Source: a virus (lineage: Duplodnaviria > Caudoviricetes). From it: DNA of 53,647 nucleotides. The notes beneath the pieces were generated by a model. The model was not told where the DNA came from. It searched no databases and saw only the letters and a list, made by a program, of their open reading frames with translations. Positions 1 to 8,715 of this stretch are shown here, in pieces (the stretch's first letter is position 1; each line of letters starts with the position of its first letter). The stretch spans positions 1 to 53,647 of the IMG/VR virus record IMGVR_UViG_3300042905_002653; one strand, given 5' to 3'. The position numbers and the translations under genes are program-made.

Positions 1-220
1 CGGTGGTCGCCGTATCATTCCAGAGGCAGGACGACTGAGCCTCCCAGCACACCTGACAGACGGTGCCGCTGCCGTTGCCGTTGCCGCGCTGGACGCGGCC
101 TTCATTCATGACCAGCGGATCCCGCCCCAGGTTGCCGCCGCGCAATCGCTTCTCAAGCTGCGATCGTGCAACCCAGCCCGCGAGGAATCCGCCAGCGATA
201 CAGGACAGAATGTAGATCAT
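1..220 (-). CDS. Hypothetical membrane-anchored phage protein (3' end outside window)
   Basis: Manual translation MIYILSCIAGGFLAGWVARSQLEKR... stays open to position 1; ATGA overlap with the upstream ORF. Confidence 0.5.
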   Translation of the reverse strand, partial: MIYILSCIAGGFLAGWVARSQLEKRLRGGNLGRDPLVMNEGRVQRGNGNGSGTVCQVCWEAQSSCLWNDTATT

Positions 221-480
221 GGCTGCGGGTACAGTTCGTTGGCGATGGCCAGGAATTCGTGGCGGATCTGCTCTGATCTGTCGTAAGCGTCTGGGCCCAT
301 GCCAGCGTCTCGCATGTATGCAGGTTCTTCCGGCACTACCTGATCCACAGCAGCGCGAAGAGCGGCAGCTAGGCCGGCTTGGCGCGGATCCACAAGGTAT
401 GGATCGCACTCGGCCATTTCAAACGCTTTCCAGACGGCCTGAGCAGTAGGCGACAGTGGCGGCGCAGTGGGGTCAGGCAT
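217..480 (-). CDS. Hypothetical phage protein, LSPxAQAV...LAIAxEL family
   Basis: Paralogous to 1795-2058 and to the C-terminal part of 47782-48696. Confidence 0.75.
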   Translation of the reverse strand: MPDPTAPPLSPTAQAVWKAFEMAECDPYLVDPRQAGLAAALRAAVDQVVPEEPAYMRDAGMGPDAYDRSEQIRHEFLAIANELYPQP

Positions 481-537
481 AGTTGGGTGGTGGGGCAGTG
501 GGGTGAGTGCCGGGCAGGCCCCGGCTGGCCGTGGTGA

Positions 538-828
538 TCAGGCTGTCCTCCGCAGTCGATTAGGCGATGGCGTGCCGTAGCCGTAGCCGTAGCCGTTGCC
601 GTAGCCGTTGCCGTAGCCGTAGCCGTAGCCGTTGCCGTAGCCGTCGCCGTAGCCGTAGCCGTCGCCGTCGCCGTAGCCGTAGCCGTTGCCGTAGCCGTAG
701 CCGTAGCCGTTGCCGTCGCCGTAGCCGTAGCCGTCGCCGTCGCCGTAGCCGTTGCCGTTGCCGTAGCCGTAGCCGTAGCCGTTGCCGTCGCCGTTGCCGT
801 TGCCGACTGGCATCAGTGCGGTAGCCAT
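538..828 (-). CDS. Gly-X (X=Y/N/D) dipeptide-repeat protein
   Basis: GGC-[T/A/G]AC hexamer array at ~574-805; ATG at 828 overlaps the TGA of the upstream gene. Confidence 0.7.
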   Translation of the reverse strand: MATALMPVGNGNGDGNGYGYGYGNGNGYGDGDGYGYGDGNGYGYGYGNGYGYGDGDGYGYGDGYGNGYGYGYGNGYGNGYGYGYGTPSPNRLRRTA

Positions 829-1136
829 CACAGCCCCCATTGGTCATGCACGGGGACGCTGAAGATTTCAGCACCTTCCGGCAGTTCAATCGCAGCGTGC
901 TTGCGAATGTCAGCTTGGCTGGGATCGTCAATCACGGCAGCAAAGCCGCATGATTCCCAGCGAAACACCCATACACAACGATCAAGGCGGATGCGCCCGT
1001 TTTCGCGGGTGACATCTCCGGCATAGATAAATCCGCGGTCAATGACCACAACTGCGCGGTTGCCAGTAGGCCTAGTCTCAGGTACGGAATCGGCGCGAAC
1101 GTAATTGACGCCATTGATTGAAATTGTTTCAGACAT
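828..1136 (-). CDS. Small beta-rich phage protein (DUF6948-like), coupled to the Gly-X repeat gene
   Basis: VVVIDRGFIYAGDV...LDRCVWVFRW resembles phage proteins I recall preceding GxGYG-repeat ORFs; family name not verified. Confidence 0.65.
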   Translation of the reverse strand: MSETISINGVNYVRADSVPETRPTGNRAVVVIDRGFIYAGDVTRENGRIRLDRCVWVFRWESCGFAAVIDDPSQADIRKHAAIELPEGAEIFSVPVHDQWGL

Positions 1137-1198
1137 AAGACTGATGCAGAAGTAAAGTGGTACCGAGATTGGGTGCGGCTCTCGGCGGGCCGCGGTGA

Positions 1199-1387
1199 TC
1201 AGGCCGCCAGCAGGCGGCGGACGGTGGTGCGGCTGCAGCCCAGCCGATCAGCGATCCGCTGCTGCGTCCATCCATCGCGGCGCCAGCGGCGGGCGCGTTG
1301 CTGGCGGCTCTCGGTGGCCCAGAGCAGGACCAGCAGGGGGAGCAGCAGGATCGCCAGCAGGGTGGCAGCAATACAGGTGATGGACAT
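1199..1387 (-). CDS. Small protein with N-terminal TM helix and C-terminal HTH
   Basis: Hydrophobic IAATLLAILLLPLLVLLW then GWTQQRIADRLGCSRTTVRRLL; start uncertain. Confidence 0.65.
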   Translation of the reverse strand: MSITCIAATLLAILLLPLLVLLWATESRQQRARRWRRDGWTQQRIADRLGCSRTTVRRLLAA

Positions 1388-1457
1388 TTCAGATACCGGC
1401 GAGTGCCGGGCGAGGATTGGCATCGGCGCCGCGCTCGGGCTGCCGATGCCCGCAATC

Positions 1458-1628
1458 CTAGCGCAGCAATTCCGAATCTGCAACACCTTCGCCCCTGACC
1501 ACCGTCACCAGCTCAGCCACCACGTTCACCGCCGTTCGCTGGCACGTCTCACACGGCTGTCCACAGCGCCTGTCTGGTGGGAATGGACACGCTGCTAACG
1601 CCAGGCGTTGCACTGGGCTGGTAGTCAT
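1458..1628 (-). CDS. Small Cys-rich hypothetical protein
   Basis: MTTSPVQRLALAACPFPPDRRCGQPCETC; start overlaps upstream stop. Confidence 0.5.
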   Translation of the reverse strand: MTTSPVQRLALAACPFPPDRRCGQPCETCQRTAVNVVAELVTVVRGEGVADSELLR

Positions 1629-1798
1629 CGGGTCAGATAGCGAACAAAAGGAGTAGACCCGGCCCATGCCCCACGGGTGGTAATTGGAAACAGTCCGCAG
1701 GATCCCCATTTCAAGGCGGCACCTATGGAACCGGTATTGCACCAGACCCAACGGCCGATGTAGCCGCCGTTGCTGGTGATCGAGATGAAGTGATTCAT
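1625..1798 (-). CDS. Small hypothetical protein
   Basis: MNHFISITSNGGYIGRWVW...; ATGA overlaps on both sides. Confidence 0.45.
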   Translation of the reverse strand: MNHFISITSNGGYIGRWVWCNTGSIGAALKWGSCGLFPITTRGAWAGSTPFVRYLTR

Positions 1799-2058
1799 GG
1801 TTGTGAGTCCAGTTCGGCGGCGATGGCGAGGATTTCGTGTGTGGCGTAAACCATGCCGTTTAAGAAAATGTGCGCATGGAAAGGTGATTGGCCATAGTCT
1901 TCTGGGGTTGGCTTTATCTGATTCGCAACAGCACGCAGAGCGGCGGCAAGTGGCGCATTGCGACCAGCGGTGCGAGTCTGAGTGCGCTGTGCTGCAACCC
2001 ATGCCTCCAATACAGCCTGAGCAGCAGGCGACAGCGGCGGGCGGTTGGGGGTGGTCAT
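1795..2058 (-). CDS. Hypothetical phage protein, LSPAAQAV family
   Basis: Paralog of 217-480; ATGA coupling. Confidence 0.75.
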   Translation of the reverse strand: MTTPNRPPLSPAAQAVLEAWVAAQRTQTRTAGRNAPLAAALRAVANQIKPTPEDYGQSPFHAHIFLNGMVYATHEILAIAAELDSQP

Positions 2059-2720
2059 GTCTGCACCTCCCCCGCAGGCAGCGGCAGGGCGCGGGCGGGG
2101 AGGCTGACGGTTTGATGCGACAGCCGCTCCGAGGGCTTGCGCAGAATCCAGCCGGCATCAGCGGCGCCATCCTGCGGCGCCCCAAACCAGCAACGTCCGG
2201 CTTCATCACACCACCCATCCCGCTCCCAGGGCCGCTCACTCACCGGCACGGGCGCGGGGCGGCGCTGCTCCAGCAGGTCGGCGGCGCGGGTGAGCATTCC
2301 TGCGTCCGGGTGGTCGCTGCTAGGGCCAAACTCCCCACTGGCATAGGTGCGCAACCACGCCACCGACTCCGTCACCTCCCCCTCGGCGGGCGGGGTGGGC
2401 TGGCGGCCCCAGCGGGCGAGGGCCTGGCGCTGTGCCCAGACAATGATTTCATCGAGGCCCAACTCGTCCCAGCCGTTGGCCGCGTCGGCTTGGGCGTTCC
2501 ACGCTGCCGCCAGCTGATCCAGCCCCAGTAGTTCCGCATCGCCAGGCTCCCCAGCGACGGCGGCCGGTTCCCTGCCCTCGGGCACAGCCGGTCCATCCGC
2601 CGACAATGCAGCGCAGGCGGCATAGAACGAATCGCTCCACGCAGGCACAGGTCCGTTCGGGTCGGATGCAGGCAGTCGGGCAATCAGCCGCTCCATCGCG
2701 GCGCGGATCGGGTCAGTCAT
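2055..2720 (-). CDS. Mosaic hypothetical phage protein
   Basis: N-terminal ~120 aa near-identical to 47782-48696; C-terminal PVPVSERPW...WCDEAGRCWF domain. Confidence 0.75.
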   Translation of the reverse strand: MTDPIRAAMERLIARLPASDPNGPVPAWSDSFYAACAALSADGPAVPEGREPAAVAGEPGDAELLGLDQLAAAWNAQADAANGWDELGLDEIIVWAQRQALARWGRQPTPPAEGEVTESVAWLRTYASGEFGPSSDHPDAGMLTRAADLLEQRRPAPVPVSERPWERDGWCDEAGRCWFGAPQDGAADAGWILRKPSERLSHQTVSLPARALPLPAGEVQT

Positions 2721-2893
2721 GATTCATCTCCAGGAATAAAGAACTCACAAAAAAACGTGATAATCAACGGCGGCTCCAGGAACACCTCACCACCAGCAGC
2801 AGTGCGCCGCTGGCAGGTCTGGCACTCCTCCAGCCAATCCTCAGGGCCATCGCCGAACCCTCGGCAGCGCTCGATGTTGGCAGGGAGGGTCAT
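2717..2893 (-). CDS. Small Cys-containing hypothetical protein (copy at 48693-48869)
   Basis: Manual translation [30 protein letters not shown]...; fills the gap with ATGA overlaps. Confidence 0.6.
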   Translation of the reverse strand: MTLPANIERCRGFGDGPEDWLEECQTCQRRTAAGGEVFLEPPLIITFFCEFFIPGDES

Positions 2894-3348
2894 GTTTCTG
2901 ACTCCGGTGAAGTGGTGGGGGTAACGAGATTGCGCACAGCCCAGTCACGAACAGATCGCCAGCGGCGGCGGCGTGACTGCTCATCGTTGCGCTCGTCGTG
3001 GTACTCGTTTTCGGAAACAACGGCATGAGCAAGGGTTTCGCTGATGTCAAACGGTTCAGCCAGATCGCGCCAATCCACGTCTGGATCAGTCGGATCAAAC
3101 CGCAGCGGCACAGCATCGGCACCTCGTTGAATCCTTACGGCACCCAGGGCGCAGACGCAGCCGGTTTCGGGATCCTCCAACGATCCGGCTGCCAGCTCTG
3201 GCACCGGCAGAGCATCCAAGCCGGCGATCAGATCACGCAGCAGTCGTTGACCACGGCGGCCACGGATGGCGCTTCGCATCGCTCCAGCGGCCTGGCCCTC
3301 CATCCACGGCTCATAGTCGTAGTCGTCGGAATCGTAGTAGCGGCTCAC
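2890..3348 (-). CDS. Hypothetical phage protein
   Basis: [15 protein letters not shown]...VCALGA...END...RWRSVRDW; coupled to neighbours. Confidence 0.75.
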   Translation of the reverse strand: MSRYYDSDDYDYEPWMEGQAAGAMRSAIRGRRGQRLLRDLIAGLDALPVPELAAGSLEDPETGCVCALGAVRIQRGADAVPLRFDPTDPDVDWRDLAEPFDISETLAHAVVSENEYHDERNDEQSRRRRWRSVRDWAVRNLVTPTTSPESET

Positions 3349-3881
3349 AGCCCCACCTCCACACCAGCCGCATCAATCACGCTTTGCAGGTATTTCGTAG
3401 CCTCCTTGTTGGTGTCATAGAAATGCCCAGCCGCCTCCACTCCCAGCAGATACAAACCAGCCATGTGAACGCCAACTGCTGTTTCAAGCACGCAGCCAAC
3501 TTCACCGGCCAGATGAACAGCCCAGCCGCTTATGCAGTGGGTCGTTTCGCAGGTGTGCCAGTCGTTCATGTACAGTGCACCCGGCTGCAGCGCAGCTCGG
3601 GCTACGGCGAGCAATCGAGCGGGAGCGTCTGCGGCAATTTTGAGTCCAATGACGCCGCTGAGGTTGGCGCCGCTGAGGTCGGCGCGCGTGAGGTTGGCGC
3701 CCGTGAGGTAGGCGCGCGTGAGGTTGGCGCCGCTGAGGTCGGCGCCCGTGAGGTCGGCGCCCGTGAGGTTGGCGCGCGTGAGGTAGGCGCTAGGTCTTTG
3801 CAGTCGCTTACCCGTGCTCGAATCACTCAGCCACTGCGCGTGCAGTGCCAGGTCATCGGCTGTGATTGTGTCGGTGCTCAT
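3345..3881 (-). CDS. Pentapeptide-repeat protein with C-terminal WHTCxTTHCIxGW domain
   Basis: A[N/D/Y]L[T/S][G/R] repeats; start chosen by alignment to paralog 52319-52900 (frame is open further upstream). Confidence 0.85.
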   Translation of the reverse strand: MSTDTITADDLALHAQWLSDSSTGKRLQRPSAYLTRANLTGADLTGADLSGANLTRAYLTGANLTRADLSGANLSGVIGLKIAADAPARLLAVARAALQPGALYMNDWHTCETTHCISGWAVHLAGEVGCVLETAVGVHMAGLYLLGVEAAGHFYDTNKEATKYLQSVIDAAGVEVGL

Positions 3882-3976
3882 GGTGCGAAAGGGTGGGTTG
3901 ATGAACAGTTGGCCTTCATGCAGGAATCCGCCGGTGCCCAGGCTGGGCGGATACCAGGTGCCGGCGGTGGTGATGG

Positions 3977-4159
3977 TCATGCCGCCACCCCCTTGAAGCG
4001 GCTCAGGATGTGCTCTCGGTAGTTGAAGAACTGCGCCTCTGCTGGTGGTGCACCAGATGGCAGCCAATCGGCATGGAGATGAGACCATTCCCGCCAACAG
4101 CCCGATGCCCAACACCAGTGGCGGCCATTCATCTGGGCATGGTCAAGGTGGGGGGTCAT
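3977..4159 (-). CDS. Small Trp-rich hypothetical protein (copy at 49953-50135)
   Basis: ATGA coupling to the MTase stop. Confidence 0.5.
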   Translation of the reverse strand: MTPHLDHAQMNGRHWCWASGCWREWSHLHADWLPSGAPPAEAQFFNYREHILSRFKGVAA

Positions 4160-5583
4160 GCCGCCACCTCATGCCGCCTGCGCTGCTTCGGCCGGCGGTG
4201 CTGCTCCGGCAGCACCTGGCCCTTGATTCGCGCATACCTCGCGTTCACCGCCGCCCAGACTTCCTCGTCCTTGAACTCGAAGTGCACCGTGCCCTTCTTG
4301 TATGCACGGAACCGGAAGAAGCCCCACTCATACCACTTACCAGGCCAGAACACACCATCAGCAGGCTTGACGGGTTGGCCCACCTCGTCGTACTTCCGGC
4401 CGGTGATGAAACACAGCGCCTTGATCAGGTCCTGGATCTCATCCGCCTGGCTGCCGTAGGTCAGCACCCGTACGTACTCGCCGCACCATGCTGGTTCAGC
4501 CATGTAGGACCGGATGAAGCGCCGGTTGAGCATGTAACCCGAGTTGGTCACCCAGCCCTCCACACCGAACCGGTTCCCCTTGGTGTGCTTCGTCAGGCTG
4601 TCGATCGCCTGCTCTACCGCACGATCCACCCTGGCCTCTTGCGTGCCGGCGACGATCTGCAGCATCCGGTAGATGTTCCGCTCGGTGAACGGGATCCGGC
4701 TCTGTTTCTCCACGAACTGGTTGATGTCCTTGGCCAGCTGCGACGTGGCCAGCTGCGTCGGCAGGAACTCAGCGAAGACGTGTTTCCATGCCGCCTTCTG
4801 CAGATCCTTCCTGAACCGGTTGCGCGTTACCGGTGCACCTTCGACGGTGGCCTGTAAGCCCAGCTCCTGGCCGAAGAACCCATCCAGCACGCTGCGCAGC
4901 CTGGTGCCGGCCTCCACCTGCTCATCGAAAATCCGGCACGCCTCCACATACCGCTGCACGATGTCACTGCTGCGGCGGTACTGGATCAACCCCTCGCCTT
5001 GGGCCTCGATGTCGTCGGGGCCTAGGTAGAAGCCGTCGAACTCATCAGCGCCGCTTACACGTTGGCCAGGCTTGGTGAGCCGCACCAGCCCGACGCTCAC
5101 CTTGGTGGGACGCTCGGCGGTGGTGAAGCACTCGCCCAGATCGTCCAGGCTGCCGTATGCCTCGATCAGCTTGGCCAGCTGTAGCTGCAGCCCACGGAAC
5201 ACGCCTGAGACGGTGTTCCAGTTGCACAGCGCCACGATCTCGCACCCAGGCGGGGCGATCTCCCAAGCGTGCAAAATGTGGGCCTCGTCCGCCGAGAACG
5301 GCGGGTTCATCACGATCAGCTCGATGTGGCTGACCTGATGGGCCTCCACCAGCAGGAAGTCATGCCCCAGGTAGTAACCGCCCCGCAGGCTGGTCAGCAT
5401 GTCCCGCAGCTGCGGTTCCTTCTCGCACCACAGCACCTCCGCCGCGCCACGCTCCAGGCACTCCCGCACCAGGTTCCCTGAGCCGGCGCTGGGCTCCAGC
5501 ACCGTCTTGCCCCGCAGGTCGAGCGGGTCGAGCATCTCGGCCGCTACCTCGGGTGGGGTGGGGTAGAAGTCGGGGTTAAACAT
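4156..5583 (-). CDS. SAM-dependent DNA amino-methyltransferase with DUF4942-like C-terminus
   Basis: DFYPTP, motif I LEPSAGSG, motif IV MNPPF; C-terminal FFRFRAYKKGTVHFEF; start at MFNPDF. Confidence 0.85.
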   Translation of the reverse strand: MFNPDFYPTPPEVAAEMLDPLDLRGKTVLEPSAGSGNLVRECLERGAAEVLWCEKEPQLRDMLTSLRGGYYLGHDFLLVEAHQVSHIELIVMNPPFSADEAHILHAWEIAPPGCEIVALCNWNTVSGVFRGLQLQLAKLIEAYGSLDDLGECFTTAERPTKVSVGLVRLTKPGQRVSGADEFDGFYLGPDDIEAQGEGLIQYRRSSDIVQRYVEACRIFDEQVEAGTRLRSVLDGFFGQELGLQATVEGAPVTRNRFRKDLQKAAWKHVFAEFLPTQLATSQLAKDINQFVEKQSRIPFTERNIYRMLQIVAGTQEARVDRAVEQAIDSLTKHTKGNRFGVEGWVTNSGYMLNRRFIRSYMAEPAWCGEYVRVLTYGSQADEIQDLIKALCFITGRKYDEVGQPVKPADGVFWPGKWYEWGFFRFRAYKKGTVHFEFKDEEVWAAVNARYARIKGQVLPEQHRRPKQRRRHEVAA

Positions 5584-6154
5584 CACTGCCCCCCAACATC
5601 TGAAACGTGATCGCCCACACCCACGGGTTGGCGTCCCATGATCCGGGGCCGTTGATCTGCTCCCAAAGCCGGCGGTAAAGCACGCCGCCCCAGTTATCGG
5701 ACGTTTGTTCAAATGCGTTTGGCGTTACACCTTCCGCCCGTGCATCCCCTTCGCTGATCTCCTGCAGCCGCTGCACGCGAACGTCGGTGATCTCCAGCAG
5801 AATCCGCGATGCGGCTCGGGGCATGAAGATCGACGGGCGCCAGCGTGTGACGACAACATCCCATTCAGCCGAGTGGGGACGCTCAACGAAAACAGATTGC
5901 GCCTCCCCGTGATCAGCGCGATAGACCACCGGCGGGCCTGCTTTGGCTTCGTTCATGGCGAACGTCTCCCGTACCCACAGCCGGTCGCCGGGGCTGCCAT
6001 GCCGGCAGCCATTTTGGCGTGGGAATCGCTGAAGGATCCCGTCGAGATTTGGCATTTCGTCAAACTCCTTTGCAACCCTCCGCGTCTGGGTCTTGCTGCC
6101 GTCGAGGATGGCCCGCACCATCGGGCCGCTGAACAGGATCGGTCGTTCTTTCAT
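5576..6154 (-). CDS. ASCH/PUA-like phage protein
   Basis: MKERPILFSGPMVRAILDGSKTQTRR, GDRLWVRE, WRPSIFMPR, WDANPWVW family motifs. Confidence 0.85.
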   Translation of the reverse strand: MKERPILFSGPMVRAILDGSKTQTRRVAKEFDEMPNLDGILQRFPRQNGCRHGSPGDRLWVRETFAMNEAKAGPPVVYRADHGEAQSVFVERPHSAEWDVVVTRWRPSIFMPRAASRILLEITDVRVQRLQEISEGDARAEGVTPNAFEQTSDNWGGVLYRRLWEQINGPGSWDANPWVWAITFQMLGGSDV

Positions 6155-6312
6155 GGCTGGGCCTCCCCCTCGGCAGGCGGCTCGGGGTGGGCGAGGGCGG
6201 TCAGTCTGTTCAGCTCGGAGACGATCTCTTCAATTCGCATCATTACGCCATCGCGCAGGATGGCGGCACCGTCTGCGCAAACGCCCTCGGTGTAGCGGGT
6301 CAGGTCAGTCAT
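6151..6312 (-). CDS. Small hypothetical protein
   Basis: Manual translation MTDLTRYTEGVCADGAAILRDG...PPAEGEAQP; ATGA overlaps. Confidence 0.55.
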   Translation of the reverse strand: MTDLTRYTEGVCADGAAILRDGVMMRIEEIVSELNRLTALAHPEPPAEGEAQP

Positions 6313-6539
6313 TCGATGGTCTCCGCAGTGCAGCCAGGCCAGCGGTTCTGGCAGTAGCGAATGGCCCTGCCCCGGCTGGGCGCCGGGATGGTGATCGTCA
6401 TGGGTCGCATCGAGGGGATCTTCACCTGCAGGCGATAAGGGCGGGTCGTCTCAGTCGGCAGTGGCCGGCTAAGGCCGGGGCCCAGGGCGGGCTGGTGCTC
6501 GTCGGAGTCGTACAGCGGTCGTGGTTGCCAGGCCATCAT
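6309..6539 (-). CDS. Hypothetical protein
   Basis: Coupled ORF in operon; ends AIRYCQNRWPGCTAETIE. Confidence 0.6.
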   Translation of the reverse strand: MMAWQPRPLYDSDEHQPALGPGLSRPLPTETTRPYRLQVKIPSMRPMTITIPAPSRGRAIRYCQNRWPGCTAETIE

Positions 6540-6706
6540 TCGTGCTCCATATCAAGGACTCGCTCAAGGGCGCGGACATAGCCATCCCAGTAGCGCTCGG
6601 AGTGGTGCTCCCTGCGCTGCGCTTCCCGCAGGCGATTCACCCCGTCGAGGTGAAGTCGAAGGACGGCGGCTCGGGGGACATCGAGCGGGGTTTCTTGCTC
6701 GGGCAT
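6536..6706 (-). CDS. Small hypothetical protein
   Basis: Manual translation MPEQETPLDVPRAAVLRL...YWDGYVRALERVLDMEHE. Confidence 0.55.
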   Translation of the reverse strand: MPEQETPLDVPRAAVLRLHLDGVNRLREAQRREHHSERYWDGYVRALERVLDMEHE

Positions 6707-6876
6707 GGTTCGATGTTGCGGGGGTCGTGGATGTTGGTGGTCTGCTGGCCGGTGCCGCGCAGCAGCAGGGCCATGAGGCTGCGGCTGCGGACGGTCACTA
6801 CCTGGGCCTTGCGCCAGCCGCCCTGGTAGCGGACCCGGACGGGCTGGCCGGGTTCGTAGTCGGCGGTCCAGGCCAT
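6637..6876 (-). CDS. Small SH3/Tudor-like beta-barrel protein
   Basis: YEPGQPVRVRYQGGWRKAQVV pattern; fold is inferred. Confidence 0.5.
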   Translation of the reverse strand: MAWTADYEPGQPVRVRYQGGWRKAQVVTVRSRSLMALLLRGTGQQTTNIHDPRNIEPCPSKKPRSMSPEPPSFDFTSTG

Positions 6877-7091
6877 CGGAACCAGTCCCGCTGGCCAGCG
6901 CCCTGGTCGTATCGGCTCAGGTCGCGGAAGCTCTTGTCGAAGAACTCCGGGTGTTCGGTGAGGAAGCCCGGCGTGGGCAGCACCGGCTCGCCGGGTTGGC
7001 TGGTCTTGTTGAACTGCGAGATCGACCAGAGGCCACCCAGAAGGCCCTTCTCCAGGATTTGCTGCAGCGACTGCGGACTGATCAGGTGCAT
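6798..7091 (-). CDS. Hypothetical protein
   Basis: MHLISPQSLQQILEKGLLGGLWSISQF; part of the operon. Confidence 0.5.
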   Translation of the reverse strand: MHLISPQSLQQILEKGLLGGLWSISQFNKTSQPGEPVLPTPGFLTEHPEFFDKSFRDLSRYDQGAGQRDWFRWPGPPTTNPASPSGSATRAAGARPR

Positions 7092-7594
7092 GGCGCCTCC
7101 TGCTGTTCCTTGAGCTGCCGCAGATAGCCCTGCCACTGCTCATCGGTCAGGCCCTGGGCCTCGGCCGCAGCGGGCCGCAGCGGGGGCTGGCCGCCGCCCA
7201 CCACCTGGTAGGCATCTGGGTTCTGGATGTCCGGCGGTGGCAGCATCGAGCGCGCTTCGGTCGGCAGCAGCGCCAGCTGGGCAGGCTTGAACTGCACGAA
7301 ACCCGGCAGGCCCTCGGCAGGGCCCCAGCTGCGGTTGGCCAGCCCCGCCTCCCGCCGGTACAGCGGGGCCATCAACTCCCGCCAGGTGGGGTAGCGGGTA
7401 AAGCCGGCGGGCAGCGCCTGCACCCACTGCTCTGCGGCCCACATCAGCTGCGGGTCGTTCACCTCGGGGAACTCGGAGGTGAAGCTGTGGAACTTGAGCT
7501 TGCAGACATGGGCGCTCCAGCGGTCGGCCTCCTTGAGCCGGAGGTGGCCCGCAACCATTTCGGCCACGGCCAGGAAGGTCTCGCGGGTCACCAT
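7082..7594 (-). CDS. Hypothetical protein, possible helicase loader (lambda P-like position)
   Basis: Directly follows the initiator-like gene; helical N-terminus ending RYPTWREL; function inferred from context only. Confidence 0.5.
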   Translation of the reverse strand: MVTRETFLAVAEMVAGHLRLKEADRWSAHVCKLKFHSFTSEFPEVNDPQLMWAAEQWVQALPAGFTRYPTWRELMAPLYRREAGLANRSWGPAEGLPGFVQFKPAQLALLPTEARSMLPPPDIQNPDAYQVVGGGQPPLRPAAAEAQGLTDEQWQGYLRQLKEQQEAPCT

Positions 7595-8151
7595 GACGCC
7601 AGCGCCTCCCGCATCGCTGGGTCGGTGGGCGTCGGGCGGGTGCCGGCCGCAGCGGCCAGGTCGGAGCGGTCGAGAAACTCAGGCTTGAGCGCCTGCCAGC
7701 CGTGCTCCATTCCGGCCTTAGCCAGCTGCAGCTGCAGCTCCCTGGGCAGGCGCGCCACACGGTTGACGCTGCTCAGCCAAGCGGCCTCAGTCCAGACGGC
7801 CTTGGCCTTGTGTTTGCTCCAGCGGGACTCGTTCCACCACTGCACCAGCAGCGGCTGCGCTTCCAAGCAGACCTGGCCCAGCAGGTCGCCGCCCAGCTGG
7901 GCCTCAAACCGGGCAGCCTTGGCCACCTTCACCTTGGGGAGCTCCACCGGCGGGGTTGGCACCACCTCCAGCGCAGGCGGCTGGGCCACTTCCACGTAGC
8001 CGCTGGATCGGCCGGCGTAGAGCGCCACCCGCTCGAGGGTGCGGAACTGCTCGCCGCAGCCCTGGCAGATCCTGATGCGCAGGTCGGCCTCGGGCCGGGC
8101 CCGGGTTTCGATTACCCGGCTCTTGTCGTGGCCGCAGTGGGGGCACTTCAT
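7588..8151 (-). CDS. NrdR-like Zn-ribbon fused to a replication-initiator-like C-terminal domain
   Basis: MKCPHCGHDKSRVIETR...RIRICQGCGEQFRTLERV; no ATP-cone; C-terminus WWNESR...WTEAAW...HGWQAL. Confidence 0.65.
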   Translation of the reverse strand: MKCPHCGHDKSRVIETRARPEADLRIRICQGCGEQFRTLERVALYAGRSSGYVEVAQPPALEVVPTPPVELPKVKVAKAARFEAQLGGDLLGQVCLEAQPLLVQWWNESRWSKHKAKAVWTEAAWLSSVNRVARLPRELQLQLAKAGMEHGWQALKPEFLDRSDLAAAAGTRPTPTDPAMREALASW

Positions 8152-8357
8152 TGGCCTGCCTCCTTGGGCGCCCACTCCCCGCACCAGTCATCGCGGAGCA
8201 CCAGCGGCCACACCGCATACTCCCCGCCATTGATGCCAGGCCGTGGTGCCATCCGGCAGCACTTGGCTCTGTTCTGATCCCACCTGTTCATCGGCCGGCT
8301 GTACCTGCAGTTGATGCAGTTCTGGTCAGCGACGGGCGGGTAGCTGTGATTGCTCAT
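8148..8357 (-). CDS. Small Cys-rich (metal-binding) phage protein
   Basis: CINCRY...CCRMAPRP...WCGEW; paralog at 52135-52326. Confidence 0.7.
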   Translation of the reverse strand: MSNHSYPPVADQNCINCRYSRPMNRWDQNRAKCCRMAPRPGINGGEYAVWPLVLRDDWCGEWAPKEAGQ

Positions 8358-8715
8358 CCCAGATCACCTTGAGAAGGATTGATTGTTTGTTCATGGGGGA
8401 TTGCTCCCACTCGGCAACGATTCGCTTGAGCACCGTCACCCGGTCATCGACCCAGAGGATCCCCTTGCCGGCATCCATCACGGCGCCAGCCAGGTTGTCC
8501 AGATCGCTGGTGCCTGGCCCGCGGAACGTGAACTGCACGCACAGCAGCTGCCCTTTCTGCAGCGGCGGGATCGTCCACCACTCGCCGAGAATTGCCCGGC
8601 ACTGCTTCATCCAGCTGGCGTACTTGGTGTCGGTGTAGGCATGGCCGCTGAATCGCGGCCTGGCCTTGGGCTGGAGCGGCAGCGGCAGCTCGAAGTCGGC
8701 AGAGCGCACCGTCAT
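8326..8715 (-). CDS. rusA: RusA-family Holliday junction resolvase
   Basis: PKARPRF, DLDNLAGAVMDA, WVDD motifs. Confidence 0.85.
   Translation of the reverse strand: MTVRSADFELPLPLQPKARPRFSGHAYTDTKYASWMKQCRAILGEWWTIPPLQKGQLLCVQFTFRGPGTSDLDNLAGAVMDAGKGILWVDDRVTVLKRIVAEWEQSPMNKQSILLKVIWDEQSQLPARR

Larger units (their letters stand above)
2351..5577. repeat. ~3.2-kb direct repeat, copy 1
   Basis: Internal ORFs recur with identical translations at +45,976. Match starts GCAACCACGCCACC (one mismatch at 2365/48341) and ends AGAAGTCGGGGTT. Confidence 0.95.

Noticed and set aside
574-805. Diversity-generating retroelement suggested by AAC/TAC/GAC variation in the Gly-X and pentapeptide repeats
   Set aside because: No reverse transcriptase and no TR/VR pair in the window; variation is restricted to one codon position, consistent with tandem-repeat evolution.
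2351-5577. 3.2-kb repeat as phage terminal repeats or attL/attR
   Set aside because: It lies in the middle-gene region, ends inside genes, is far from int and terL, and sequence continues beyond both copies.
7588-8151. Host-type nrdR gene
   Set aside because: Only the Zn-ribbon matches; no ATP-cone.
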